From positions 72,295 to 136,294 of the IMG/VR virus record IMGVR_UViG_3300023440_000001: DNA of 64,000 nt. One strand, given 5' to 3'. The position numbers and the translations under genes were made by a program. The notes below the pieces were generated by a model that searched no databases, was not told where the DNA came from, and worked only from the letters and a program-made list of their open reading frames with translations. The stretch comes from a virus. Below, piece by piece: positions 38,059 to 47,954 of this stretch; position 1 is the stretch's first letter; each line of letters begins with the position of its first letter.

Positions 38059-39080
38059 AGGATATTCAATCATTATTGGGTAGTGATGTCTTTGTGTTTG
38101 ATGAATTCCGTGAAGGGGATACCAAAGGTATCGGTAAAGCTACCATATTGAAGCCCTGGGAGTTAACGCTCCCGGAAGCATCTGAAGAAGAGATCCCCTT
38201 TGTAAAGAATCCCGTATATGAGACAGCACTGGATTTAATCCGTAATGGCCATACGGCGCTCTTCTCCGGTCCGGCCGGTTGTGGAAAGAGCTATAATATA
38301 AAGATGGCAACGTTGGCTGTCGGATATGGATTCTATCGGATTAATATGAACGGTCATTCAACCGATGAATCACTCATCGGTCAGATGCGCATTAAACCGG
38401 ATGAAGAAACTAAACAACCGGTTATGTACCATGCCACCGGTATTCTGGAGAAAGCCATGCTGCACGGTCTGGATGATGATGGTAACGTCATCGGTCCACC
38501 GGCTGTTCTGGTCATAGATGAAATCGATGCCGCACCACCGGAAACGCTCTTCGTTCTGCAACGGGTTCTGGAACCCGAAAAGACACTGGTTATCGATATC
38601 GATGGCGGTCGTGAAGTGAAAGCCCATCCGGGTTTTATCGTTATGGCCACGGCCAATACAATCGGTACCGGAGACTATCTGGGTGGTTATGTGGGAACCA
38701 ATCAGGTGAACTTTGCTACCCGGGATCGCTTCGATTATCTGGTTAAAGTTGACTATAACTACGATACCGAGAAGCAGATCCTGAAGAAGATTCTGATTGA
38801 TGAGCTGGAAATGGAGAAGTCAGAGGCCAATGATCTGATCAAGTATATTCAGAAGCTGACCAAGGATATTCGTAAGGCCAATGAAGACGGCACCATTTCC
38901 TTTCCTATGTCCGTGCGACGACTGGTTGCCTGGGCTCGTGGTATTCGAGTATTCGGCGATCCGGGTAAGGCATTTATCTATTCAATCCTGAACTATATGG
39001 AACCCGATCAACAGAACTCAGTGCGCGAGCTGTTTCAGCGGATATTTGGATACGAGCCGGAAAAGGCACCCGCCAGTTAA
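38055..39080 (+). CDS. MoxR-family AAA+ ATPase (CobS/CbbQ/NirQ-like)
   Basis: GPAGCGKS, IDEID, HPGF..ATANT, ATRDRF, SVRRL. Confidence 0.9.
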   Translation: MKDIQSLLGSDVFVFDEFREGDTKGIGKATILKPWELTLPEASEEEIPFVKNPVYETALDLIRNGHTALFSGPAGCGKSYNIKMATLAVGYGFYRINMNGHSTDESLIGQMRIKPDEETKQPVMYHATGILEKAMLHGLDDDGNVIGPPAVLVIDEIDAAPPETLFVLQRVLEPEKTLVIDIDGGREVKAHPGFIVMATANTIGTGDYLGGYVGTNQVNFATRDRFDYLVKVDYNYDTEKQILKKILIDELEMEKSEANDLIKYIQKLTKDIRKANEDGTISFPMSVRRLVAWARGIRVFGDPGKAFIYSILNYMEPDQQNSVRELFQRIFGYEPEKAPAS

Positions 39081-39104
39081 CCTGAATAGAGATGGAGAGT
39101 CGCT

Positions 39105-39347
39105 ATGCGTGATGTTGGAGAATTGCTTGCTTCATTCTTCCGTGGGCGCGGATCGCAGATCCAGGCCCGCCTGCGGATGTATAATGGTCGTTCTTACGTC
39201 GATCTGCGCGATTGGATCATGAAGAATGGTGAATGGATTAAGACCAACCGGGGATTCATGATCCCGGTGGACCGTTTCAGGGAGTTCATTCGGTTCCTGA
39301 ATAAGATTGCTACCATTCTTGATATTCACAACAAACAGGAGGCTTGA
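39105..39347 (+). CDS. PC4/Sub1-family ssDNA-binding protein
   Basis: YNGRSYVDLRDW....GEWIKTNRGFMI. Confidence 0.82.
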   Translation: MRDVGELLASFFRGRGSQIQARLRMYNGRSYVDLRDWIMKNGEWIKTNRGFMIPVDRFREFIRFLNKIATILDIHNKQEA

Positions 39348-39348
39348 T

Positions 39349-39975
39349 ATGCCTGCATTACTGAATGTTATTCTGGATAATGACAAGACCCTGGACATCT
39401 TCTATCCGGGTAATAACAGCAAGAAGATCGCTGAGATTGTAGATAAGGTGTCGGAGTATTTCGATAAGCAGAAAGGCGCACCCAAGGTGAAGGAGTATGT
39501 ATATCATGAGATTCCGGAAGATGCAGAGCTGGTATGTCGTAACTGCGGATCCGTCCATATTGCTGATATCAGTAAACTACAAGCTGAAAAGAAGATCCGT
39601 GTTATGGCCGGTGTCGCTCCCGATGCACACTGCTATGAACGCATAAAGTATTACAGGGAGTTGGCCGGATTGACTCGAACTGATGTGGCAAAACGTCTAC
39701 GTATATCTGAAGCCACTATGGCCAAGTGGGAGAAAGGCGGTCGTATGCCAACTCTATCGAATCTAATTGATATTGCCAAAGTTCTGGGTGTCAAACCAGC
39801 CGATCTGGTGCCCAATGTTGTGCTGGAGAATGATCTGCCCGAACCGGAAGAGGAGGATAAAGAGAAGTCTTCTCCCGATATACTCGATGAAGCGTCATGG
39901 GTAACTGTCTTTGATGAGTTGAACGATGATGAGTCCGAGACCATCGAAGACATTAAAGAAAAGGTACCCTTTTAA
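39349..39975 (+). CDS. XRE-family HTH transcriptional regulator with N-terminal extension
   Basis: RIKYYRELAGLTRTDVAKRLRIS...KWEKG..P....IAKVLGV. Confidence 0.85.
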   Translation: MPALLNVILDNDKTLDIFYPGNNSKKIAEIVDKVSEYFDKQKGAPKVKEYVYHEIPEDAELVCRNCGSVHIADISKLQAEKKIRVMAGVAPDAHCYERIKYYRELAGLTRTDVAKRLRISEATMAKWEKGGRMPTLSNLIDIAKVLGVKPADLVPNVVLENDLPEPEEEDKEKSSPDILDEASWVTVFDELNDDESETIEDIKEKVPF

Positions 39976-40027
39976 TCCGGAGCCGCATGGATATGTGCGG
40001 CCCCGTTTAATAAGTTGGAGGTATATT

Positions 40028-40879
40028 ATGACCACGGTTAAAATCGACCTGGAACACTTTCTTGACTGGTATACTGATGATCCGGAGCGCTCTACTGAAA
40101 TTACGATAACCGCTCTTCGATATGGAATGGATTCGATTGTTTCTCGTGTACGAACGCTGGATCGTCTTCTGGCGGAAGTAGGGGGCTACCTGCCTGATCA
40201 TCTGGTGATTAACTGGTTGGAGCTGCCCCTGACAGATCGACAGCTTGAGAAAGAATACATCAGTACCTTTACACTTCTGGAAGAACAGCGCAACTGGAAA
40301 GTAGAATGGGTCGTTGATGAGCAAGATGATCATGATACTCAAGATAACCAACCGACAGTGCACATTGATGCCGGCGAGTTTGTGGAATGGTTTATTGATG
40401 AGAAAGACCTGGCCTTTGGTTATGCCCACCAGGCTTTTATGTACGGACGACCGCCCATTCAGGAAGCCTATAAAACGCTGAGAGATCTGTTTGATAGTAC
40501 TGGCTACATTCCCCGTTATTTGATTCTAAACTGGAATGAATTGCCCATGCCGGAAGGTGTTACTTCAGCTGATGAATTCAGAGAAGAAGTCGTTACTGAC
40601 GAAATGATGAACTGGAAGATTAGCTGGGTATTTGATAGTGAGTCCGATACAAAGCGGCTCGTCGGTGTTCAATTTATTGATGCCGAAGGTAACTACCTTC
40701 TGGAAGGTGATTGTGAGAATCTTCCTTATGTTCCGTCCTGGGTAGTATTCCCACCTGATGAAGTTGGTGATATTCTGAAGTTGCTTGCCGAGCGTGAAAC
40801 GTATGATGTGCGGGTCCTTCCGATCTACGAAGGGGATATCGAACGATACGAGGTAGGTCACTTCACTGAGTACTTCTAA
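40028..40879 (+). CDS. hypothetical protein with two tandem ~95-aa repeats
   Basis: SD GGAGG; TVKID..FLDW...GYLP..L.INW.ELP...NWKVEW repeated as TVHID..FVEW...GYIP..LILNW.ELP...NWKISW. Confidence 0.75.
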   Translation: MTTVKIDLEHFLDWYTDDPERSTEITITALRYGMDSIVSRVRTLDRLLAEVGGYLPDHLVINWLELPLTDRQLEKEYISTFTLLEEQRNWKVEWVVDEQDDHDTQDNQPTVHIDAGEFVEWFIDEKDLAFGYAHQAFMYGRPPIQEAYKTLRDLFDSTGYIPRYLILNWNELPMPEGVTSADEFREEVVTDEMMNWKISWVFDSESDTKRLVGVQFIDAEGNYLLEGDCENLPYVPSWVVFPPDEVGDILKLLAERETYDVRVLPIYEGDIERYEVGHFTEYF

Positions 40880-40894
40880 ATAGGAGAGATAGTA

Positions 40895-41248
40895 ATGGAA
40901 TGGTGGATAGAGTCTAATGATGTCATGAAGGTTAAGTTTGACCATTCTGAAGCAAAAGGAATGATTGGAATACAGAAAGAGTTATATGGCATATCTATTT
41001 ATGTAGATGGGTTTGACTCCTCTATTGCTATGATAGATCTGTATTATCGTTCACCGGTTGGATTAGAAGATATACCACCGGGCCAACGCAACACTGTTCG
41101 TCTGGTCGTCGAGAATCCGGTAAACATGGAACCGATTGCCTATGTGATATTCAATCCGGAAGAGAAGACGCTCCGAATTGAACTGGATGATCGATGGCAG
41201 AAAGACGGTAGTACCGGTCGGGCCTTTCACTTAAAACTGGAAGAATAG
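40895..41248 (+). CDS. hypothetical protein
   Basis: SD AGGAG. Confidence 0.65.
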   Translation: MEWWIESNDVMKVKFDHSEAKGMIGIQKELYGISIYVDGFDSSIAMIDLYYRSPVGLEDIPPGQRNTVRLVVENPVNMEPIAYVIFNPEEKTLRIELDDRWQKDGSTGRAFHLKLEE

Positions 41249-41250
41249 AG

Positions 41251-43533
41251 ATGATCTTCATTGGTATTATAAAAGCCATAAGAGCCCGCCGCGGTGCCTG
41301 GCAGAAAGTGGTTCTACATGTTACGGAAACTGGTCCCAGTCAAAAGGATCTCGAAGAGACGGATCAGATCTGGGATATGGTTGGTGAGTTTATGGCCAGC
41401 GTCGGTGATAAGGTTATCGTTGAAGGTGAATTAAAGAACGTGCGTTCTTATGGCTATCAAATACACGCCCGTAAAGTAAAGATGCTCTCCGGATTTACTG
41501 ATACTGAAGAGCAATTGCATCAGTTCCTGGTCAAACATGTGAGTGGTGTCGGCCCTAAAATGGCCGACGCTCTTATCAATGAATATGGAGTAGAAGATCT
41601 GATTCGTCTGCTGGATAGTTGCAGTCCACGTATTATTGAAGATATACCAGGCATCGGTATTAAAACGGCTGAACAGATATGGGAGACCTGGACCCGGGAA
41701 CGCTTCAAATGGGATCCCTGGAAGTATCTGACCCGTATCGGTATCCGGGATCTGAATCATATTCGTAAGATCATCGGTCAATACGGTCGGGATACGGAGA
41801 AGATCGTATCTAAATATCCATACCGATTGCTGGAAGTGGAAGGACTATCCTTTCGTACTGTTGATGCCATAGCCATTAAAGCGGGTGTTGATCCACTGTC
41901 TCCAATTCGTATCATGTCCGCTATTGTATACGCTCTCAATCGTCAGAGTGATTTCGGTCATACCTACTATGAAAAAGAGCAGCTGAAGGGGATAGTGGAA
42001 TATCTACTGGATATGGATGAACTGGATGATGAATTGTATGACAGATGTCTGTTTCGATTGGAGCGTAGTGAGCGGATTGTTACTGAAGCTGATAAGGTCT
42101 TTTCAGCTCGTATATACATGGTGGAGAAGTCTGTTGCGAGTGTGATGATTGAGCTAAAGTATGGTAATACGATAGTTATTGATGATAAGTCGGTTGATGA
42201 CTTTATCAAGCTCTACCAAACCAGGCATGAGATGGAGTTTACCAAAACACAGCAGCGGGCCATATACCGGGCTGCCAATACAGGTGTAATGGTTTTAACC
42301 GGTGGTCCCGGAACCGGTAAGACCTTTACTGTTGGTGCCATGGTAGAGCTGTTTCGTAGTTACGGAAACGATGTTGTATTGTGTTCGTCGACCGGTCGCA
42401 GTGCGCGGCGTATAAAAGAGTCAACCGGGTATGAAGCGCACACTATTCATCGTCTGCTGAAGGTAATTCCCAACGGTAAAGGTGGGACTATGTTTGAACA
42501 TGATGATCGTAATCCACTGGATGGTGATGTCTTTATTGTGGATGAAGTTTCCATGGTCGATCTGGAGCTGATGCATCACCTGCTAAAAGCTATACCGGTT
42601 GGCAAGAAACTGATTATGATAGGTGATAAGGATCAGCTTCCCAGTATTGGTCTTGGTAGTGTACTGAATGATTGCATTGGGTCTGGCCGCATACCGGTAG
42701 TTGAACTACAAACAGTATTCCGTCAGAGTGAGACCAGTGACATTGTAATTAATGCCAATAAGGTCAATATGGGTAAGATTGATATCGTTGAAGGTGGTAA
42801 GGACTTCTGGTGGGTAAAGGATGTGGATGAAGATATGATCCTTAAAGTCATTACCGAGCGTATACCCAAACGATTTGGTATTCCTATGGAAGACATTAAG
42901 GTTATTACTCCCTATCGTCGGGAATATGCGGAAGTAAATGTAAAGCAGCTAAACCGACGATTGCAGGAGATAGCCAATCCGGAAAAGGAGATTGAAGTTA
43001 AGAACTATGATGGTACGATTATCCGGAAACCCAACGGTATAGTTTATAAGGGCGTTACCTTTCGTGTGGGTGATCCGGTTATGCAGATGGAGAATGACTA
43101 TGTGAAGCTGATCTTTAATGGCGATATCGGAACTATTGTCAGTGTGGATCAGGATGAAGACGGTCGTTGTGCGCTGTTGGTTGATTTCGGCGATGATCGT
43201 GGAATTAGATCATATATTGATTCTGATATTGACCACCTGGAGCTGGCCTATGCCATGACCGTACATAAGAGTCAGGGAAGTGAATATCCGGCAGTGGTGA
43301 TCATACTTCCCGAATTGACCGAAAAGACCAGTGGTATGCTAAAGCGTAATATGCTTTATACTGCTATTACCAGAGCACAGAAACTCTGCGTACTGTTTGC
43401 ATCTGAGGCAAGCTTTCGGAAGTGTGTGAATGATGATTCATATGATAAGCGGATGACCATGCTTGCCAGATGGTTAGTAGACACCGACAGTAAAGTAACC
43501 AGAGGTCGTCGGCGTACTTCAAAAGTAGCTTAA
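41251..43533 (+). CDS. recD2: RecD2/TraA-family SF1B helicase
   Basis: HhH motifs GVGPK and GIGIK, GGPGTGKT, DEVSM, GDKDQLPS, FRQ, YAMTVHKSQGSEY, YTAITRA. Confidence 0.93.
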   Translation: MIFIGIIKAIRARRGAWQKVVLHVTETGPSQKDLEETDQIWDMVGEFMASVGDKVIVEGELKNVRSYGYQIHARKVKMLSGFTDTEEQLHQFLVKHVSGVGPKMADALINEYGVEDLIRLLDSCSPRIIEDIPGIGIKTAEQIWETWTRERFKWDPWKYLTRIGIRDLNHIRKIIGQYGRDTEKIVSKYPYRLLEVEGLSFRTVDAIAIKAGVDPLSPIRIMSAIVYALNRQSDFGHTYYEKEQLKGIVEYLLDMDELDDELYDRCLFRLERSERIVTEADKVFSARIYMVEKSVASVMIELKYGNTIVIDDKSVDDFIKLYQTRHEMEFTKTQQRAIYRAANTGVMVLTGGPGTGKTFTVGAMVELFRSYGNDVVLCSSTGRSARRIKESTGYEAHTIHRLLKVIPNGKGGTMFEHDDRNPLDGDVFIVDEVSMVDLELMHHLLKAIPVGKKLIMIGDKDQLPSIGLGSVLNDCIGSGRIPVVELQTVFRQSETSDIVINANKVNMGKIDIVEGGKDFWWVKDVDEDMILKVITERIPKRFGIPMEDIKVITPYRREYAEVNVKQLNRRLQEIANPEKEIEVKNYDGTIIRKPNGIVYKGVTFRVGDPVMQMENDYVKLIFNGDIGTIVSVDQDEDGRCALLVDFGDDRGIRSYIDSDIDHLELAYAMTVHKSQGSEYPAVVIILPELTEKTSGMLKRNMLYTAITRAQKLCVLFASEASFRKCVNDDSYDKRMTMLARWLVDTDSKVTRGRRRTSKVA

Positions 43534-44727
43534 ATGGAGGTTGTTATAATGTCCAGAGACAAACCCCGAATTGTTAGACGTGGTGAAGGGGATCTGAATG
43601 TGGTCTATCGACCGCTTCGTTTTGCTGAATTATACGGTCCGACTCGAAAGGCTGCTGTTCAGTTCTATAACTGGCTGCGACAGTTCGATCGGACTCTGAC
43701 CAAGCACAGCTTTCTTATCTCCGGTGAATCCGGTGCCGGTAAAACTACCCTGGCACTGATTATATCTCTGGCACTGAATTGCGAGGATCCCCAGCCTAAC
43801 CCCAGAACCGGTGATGAAGTAGAACCGTGTCTGAAGTGTGGCAGCTGCCAGCGGATCCTGCGTGGTGCTATGAATGCATCTGATGATTCTCCGGTGAAGT
43901 TCTATAACTCGCCATCAATCGATAAAGACCGGATTCGCTGGATTGTGGATAATGAGATCAAAGGTCCGCGACCCATCTTCGGTGCCAGAGCGGTTGTCAC
44001 TGTATTCGACGAAGCACATGGATTGACCTGGGAGCAACGTCAGCCGTTGTTAACTACGCTGGAGATGTTGCCATCCTACTCGTATGTCTTCTTTCTGACT
44101 TCCCGGCCGGAGAAGTTCAGAAAACTGAAAGATGGTGAAGATAACTCGCTGTATTCCCGGATCGGAGTGGTGGATCTGGTACCCTGGTCTGATAAACAGA
44201 TATTTGAACTGCTGAAAGACGTGGCCATAACGGAACATTCCCTGGAACGCTGTCCGGAAATAGAAGATAGTGCCCTGCGCTATCTGGCTCATATTGGTAC
44301 CGGTAATCCGCGTACTTCTATTTCGGCACTGGATGTGGTAATCAATGGCGTGGACAGAGATGTTCCGATGATTACGCTGAAAGATGTTAAGCAGTTCTAT
44401 CCTGGTGCATCCGATCCGGATATTGAAAGTACAGCTGAGGAGATGCGAGACGTATTTCGGGCCTTTTATAATAATAACCTGGAAGTGGCATTGAAACGTC
44501 TGGAAGAGATGGAGAAGAAGCGCTTCAAGCCGGATGATATCAAATACTCCCTTAACAAGTTCCTGCGCAATAGAGTCTATCAGTATGCTCGCGAAGGGAA
44601 TCATTCCCGGCTGGAGGAGTTCTCCCGTAAGCTTCAGGCCTTCTCTTCAGCTGCTTTTGCCAGAGATGGTGAAGAGTTCTCCAATCTGGTAACAGGTGTT
44701 ATTCAGGCATTAACAATTAGAAGTTGA
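43534..44727 (+). CDS. DnaX (gamma/tau)-like clamp loader AAA+ subunit
   Basis: YRP..F.E..G, GESGAGKTT, LNC...PCLKCGSC zinc site, DEAH, SR, G.PR. Confidence 0.85.
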   Translation: MEVVIMSRDKPRIVRRGEGDLNVVYRPLRFAELYGPTRKAAVQFYNWLRQFDRTLTKHSFLISGESGAGKTTLALIISLALNCEDPQPNPRTGDEVEPCLKCGSCQRILRGAMNASDDSPVKFYNSPSIDKDRIRWIVDNEIKGPRPIFGARAVVTVFDEAHGLTWEQRQPLLTTLEMLPSYSYVFFLTSRPEKFRKLKDGEDNSLYSRIGVVDLVPWSDKQIFELLKDVAITEHSLERCPEIEDSALRYLAHIGTGNPRTSISALDVVINGVDRDVPMITLKDVKQFYPGASDPDIESTAEEMRDVFRAFYNNNLEVALKRLEEMEKKRFKPDDIKYSLNKFLRNRVYQYAREGNHSRLEEFSRKLQAFSSAAFARDGEEFSNLVTGVIQALTIRS

Positions 44728-44735
44728 GGTCAGAT

Positions 44736-46163
44736 ATGGATCTGAATGATCTTCCCAAGGTTAAACTTCCCAGAGTGATGTATAAGTCTCTGCCGCTGAA
44801 AGATGGTAGTAGGGTTGACCTTAATATTGAGAATGAGTTCTTCTATGATGATGAAGATGGTACGTGGTATGTCGTCTGTCGGTGTGATTATGGTGGTCGT
44901 ACTCTGACTGGTCGAACTGTACTGGATAATAATATACTGGAGGATCTGAAGTCCGGTGTTGTTAGCATTGATGAATACTGTCAGTCGGAGCGGTTTAATG
45001 CGGTAATTGTCGGCCTGTCCGAGATCATATTAGGTGCGGTTGATGATCTGGATGTAAAGCATCTTACCACGAAAGAAGTAAAGGATGCTCGTACCATAGA
45101 AGCCTATACACCGCAGGCTATTGCCCAGAAGTCCCGGTCTGTAGGGCGAGACATTGCCCGAATCATACTGGAGTCTGCTTTCGGGAAGGGTAAACGCCTG
45201 AGTAAGGTACCGAAAGAGTATCGGATTACTCCACCAAAGGCAATTGTTCCGGATGATGTTATCGTATCGACGGTGCTGCGGTATATTGCTGAGGGATCAC
45301 CGGCCGTGGCCCTGGTAGGCCCTACCGGGGTAGGGAAGAGTTACACGGCTCAGCATATCGGTGCCCTGTTGAATCTGAAAGGGTATGCCGTCATGCGTAT
45401 TGATGCCAATGCCAGAACCGAAGGGGATCGACTCTTCGATCGGGATGACTTCAACGAGAAGGGTACCTTTATTCTGGAAGGAACCCTGACTACCTTTGCC
45501 CGCCGAACCAAAAAGCTGGGCCTGAAAGCGCTGGTTATCATAGAAGAATACAATGCCTTTGATGATGCCACTCGTCGGGAGTTCTATCAGCTGTTTAATG
45601 ATGAAGAGCGCTACTATACGATTCAGTCCAGTAAAGATCAGAAGGTTCTGGATCGAGTAGACTTCCATCATGTTCAGTTCTTACTAACAGGTAATCCGGT
45701 AACCAGTGAGAAGTATCTGGTTGACGACTTGAAGCGCTTTAGCAATGCCGAAGCCCGTCGTATAGTCATGGTCTATCAGGATTACTCCCAGGATCCCAGG
45801 TACATCCGTAGAGTTCTGATGGCCATTATCCGCAAGAAACCCATCTACGAAGAGATCAAAAAGGAAGTTGCCGATATCGATGAGATTATTGATCTGAATA
45901 TGGGTGTGCGCTGTTTTCGGGAATTGAACAGACCCAATGGTGACGGTTATCGACTGGGTTTCGATTTCGGTTACACTTCGGTTGCGAACTGGTTATGGAC
46001 ACTGGCAGTATACGGGTATACTGAGGAAGCCTGGATTCGTGCCACCGCAGATCACATACTGAATCCCATTCCTGACGTCCAGGTTCGGGAAGATGTCGTA
46101 CATCGTCTGGAGAGTGTTTTCGGTGTCCATCTTCCCGGCTATTTGATCTATCGGGATTCCTGA
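44736..46163 (+). CDS. MoxR/dynein-related AAA+ ATPase with N-terminal extension
   Basis: GPTGVGKS, IIEEYN (variant Walker B), TGNP, AEARR; followed by a vWA gene. Confidence 0.8.
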   Translation: MDLNDLPKVKLPRVMYKSLPLKDGSRVDLNIENEFFYDDEDGTWYVVCRCDYGGRTLTGRTVLDNNILEDLKSGVVSIDEYCQSERFNAVIVGLSEIILGAVDDLDVKHLTTKEVKDARTIEAYTPQAIAQKSRSVGRDIARIILESAFGKGKRLSKVPKEYRITPPKAIVPDDVIVSTVLRYIAEGSPAVALVGPTGVGKSYTAQHIGALLNLKGYAVMRIDANARTEGDRLFDRDDFNEKGTFILEGTLTTFARRTKKLGLKALVIIEEYNAFDDATRREFYQLFNDEERYYTIQSSKDQKVLDRVDFHHVQFLLTGNPVTSEKYLVDDLKRFSNAEARRIVMVYQDYSQDPRYIRRVLMAIIRKKPIYEEIKKEVADIDEIIDLNMGVRCFRELNRPNGDGYRLGFDFGYTSVANWLWTLAVYGYTEEAWIRATADHILNPIPDVQVREDVVHRLESVFGVHLPGYLIYRDS

Positions 46164-46190
46164 TACTGATGGTCACGGGACCGGTATCCC

Positions 46191-46254
46191 GTGACTGTCA
46201 GTCTACACCAAAGCGATTCATTCACTCCCTGAAGTCTTTGTCAGCTATTATATT
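46191..46254 (+). promoter_or_regulatory. conserved phage intergenic element, copy 4
   Basis: GTGACTGTCAGTCTAC, 14 nt, TTCACTCCCT (46221), TATATT 46249-46254; overlaps upstream hairpin GTCACGGGA/TCCCGTGAC. Confidence 0.8.
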
Positions 46255-46263
46255 GAGGGCGTT

Positions 46264-47949
46264 ATGTTAGATTACTTGGCCAGACATTACATTCATAACG
46301 TACTGGGTTTTGGCGCAGTGGAAATCATTGATGCGCCTGAAGCAGCGGTTCTGATAAAGGATGGTCAGCTGCTCAGAATCGACGGTCGTTATCAGATGAA
46401 ACTGCCCGTATCCGAAGAGAGTTTCCTGCAGGTGTTCGGTAAAGGTGCGGATCAATTGTCGATCCAGCAAAAAGCAATGCTGTTGTTCGGGTTGATCTAT
46501 CATGAGATAGGCCACCTGATCTCCGGCGAGCCGTTGACAACTTCTCGTGGTTTCCATGTGATCTATAATATCATTAATGATGCCAATGAGAATACTATTC
46601 TGCCGGCCTACTGGCTGGGTAGTATACACTATCTTCAGATGGTTAATGATCTGATGTTTCACCGGGTACCGGATCTGGGTGAATTGCCGGAGAATGATTC
46701 TCTGTCTCTGTTAAAGAAGCTCCTGACAGCAATGACTGTCTACCGACCCTGCGTATGTTTTAAATACGATGGTGAAGTAGCGTATAGCTTTCCGGTCGGA
46801 CATCCGCTTTCTGATATCTGGTTTAAAGTCAAGCAGCAACTTCGACGTGCTCGTAAGGAATACAGTCTGGATGAAGTGGAAATGGAACGTATACGATTGG
46901 AGATCATCAATGAGACAATTCAGGTAATGAAGGAGTGGTGGAAGGATGACGGTCATGAAGATGAAACCGGTCTGTCGTTAGAAGAAGCGCTGGAGAAGCT
47001 ACATCCGGAAGTACAACCTCAGGCCTTTCTTGCTTCCGGTAGTGGTGATTCGGATCTGAGTGATATGATTCAGATACCCGAGGATGTGGGAAAGGACATC
47101 GATAAACTCATTCGGGATGTAGCCAGAACAATAGCAGAAGAGCAACTATCCGAGAGATCGCTGGAAGACTATCTTCAGGAGGCCGATGAAAAGAGCAGTC
47201 GTGGGCACGGAACCGGTTCCGTTCGCCCTTCTGTTGCTTCGGAACCCTGGCCGGTTGATACTCGCGTGGCCCATGAGCTGCGTAATAAGATGCGTCGTAT
47301 TACGTTTGTACGACGCCATGACCGTCGTCACGCAGAAGTAACGGGAAACAAACTCCATCCGGCCAACTTCTATCAGATAAAGACCAATCCGGAAGCGCCC
47401 CGTATCTTCCGTGCCCGAACGCGTATTAGAGAAGCGCCGGTTTTAACTGAGTTCTACTTTATGATGGATCGATCCGGATCCATGCGAGGTGACCGAGAAG
47501 ATGTATGTCGTGATATCATGGCAACATTCTATGAAGCTCTGCGTCTGGATCGACAGGTTCGTCTTAATATAGCTGGTTTTGATACGGAGGTCTATGAAGT
47601 TGACATAACTAATAATGCCCAGTACGTGTTGAGACAGATCGCCGGCTACTTAAAGTCCGGCGGCGGTACGGATTACCCAAAAGCCATGCGCCATGCGCTG
47701 GGTGTTCTGGAAAGAAGCTCTGCTGAAAAGAAGGTGCTGGTTATGCTGACTGATGGGGATTTGAAAAGTAATGCATATGATCCATTTCTGCTGTATCATT
47801 ATGCAAAGTTGCGTGGGATTCATGTTATAACTATTAAGCTGGGCTCGCCCATCGGCACTGACTTCCCCTTTTGTGATCAGCAAATCGCCCTGTATGATGT
47901 TCGAGAGCTTCCCAATTTAATGGCACAAATCAGTCTTCGAGAGGTGTAG
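46264..47949 (+). CDS. vWA domain protein with N-terminal HExxH motif
   Basis: HEIGH, NIINDA, MIDAS DRSGSM, GGTD, LTDG. Confidence 0.85.
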   Translation: MLDYLARHYIHNVLGFGAVEIIDAPEAAVLIKDGQLLRIDGRYQMKLPVSEESFLQVFGKGADQLSIQQKAMLLFGLIYHEIGHLISGEPLTTSRGFHVIYNIINDANENTILPAYWLGSIHYLQMVNDLMFHRVPDLGELPENDSLSLLKKLLTAMTVYRPCVCFKYDGEVAYSFPVGHPLSDIWFKVKQQLRRARKEYSLDEVEMERIRLEIINETIQVMKEWWKDDGHEDETGLSLEEALEKLHPEVQPQAFLASGSGDSDLSDMIQIPEDVGKDIDKLIRDVARTIAEEQLSERSLEDYLQEADEKSSRGHGTGSVRPSVASEPWPVDTRVAHELRNKMRRITFVRRHDRRHAEVTGNKLHPANFYQIKTNPEAPRIFRARTRIREAPVLTEFYFMMDRSGSMRGDREDVCRDIMATFYEALRLDRQVRLNIAGFDTEVYEVDITNNAQYVLRQIAGYLKSGGGTDYPKAMRHALGVLERSSAEKKVLVMLTDGDLKSNAYDPFLLYHYAKLRGIHVITIKLGSPIGTDFPFCDQQIALYDVRELPNLMAQISLREV

Positions 47950-47954
47950 TTGAA

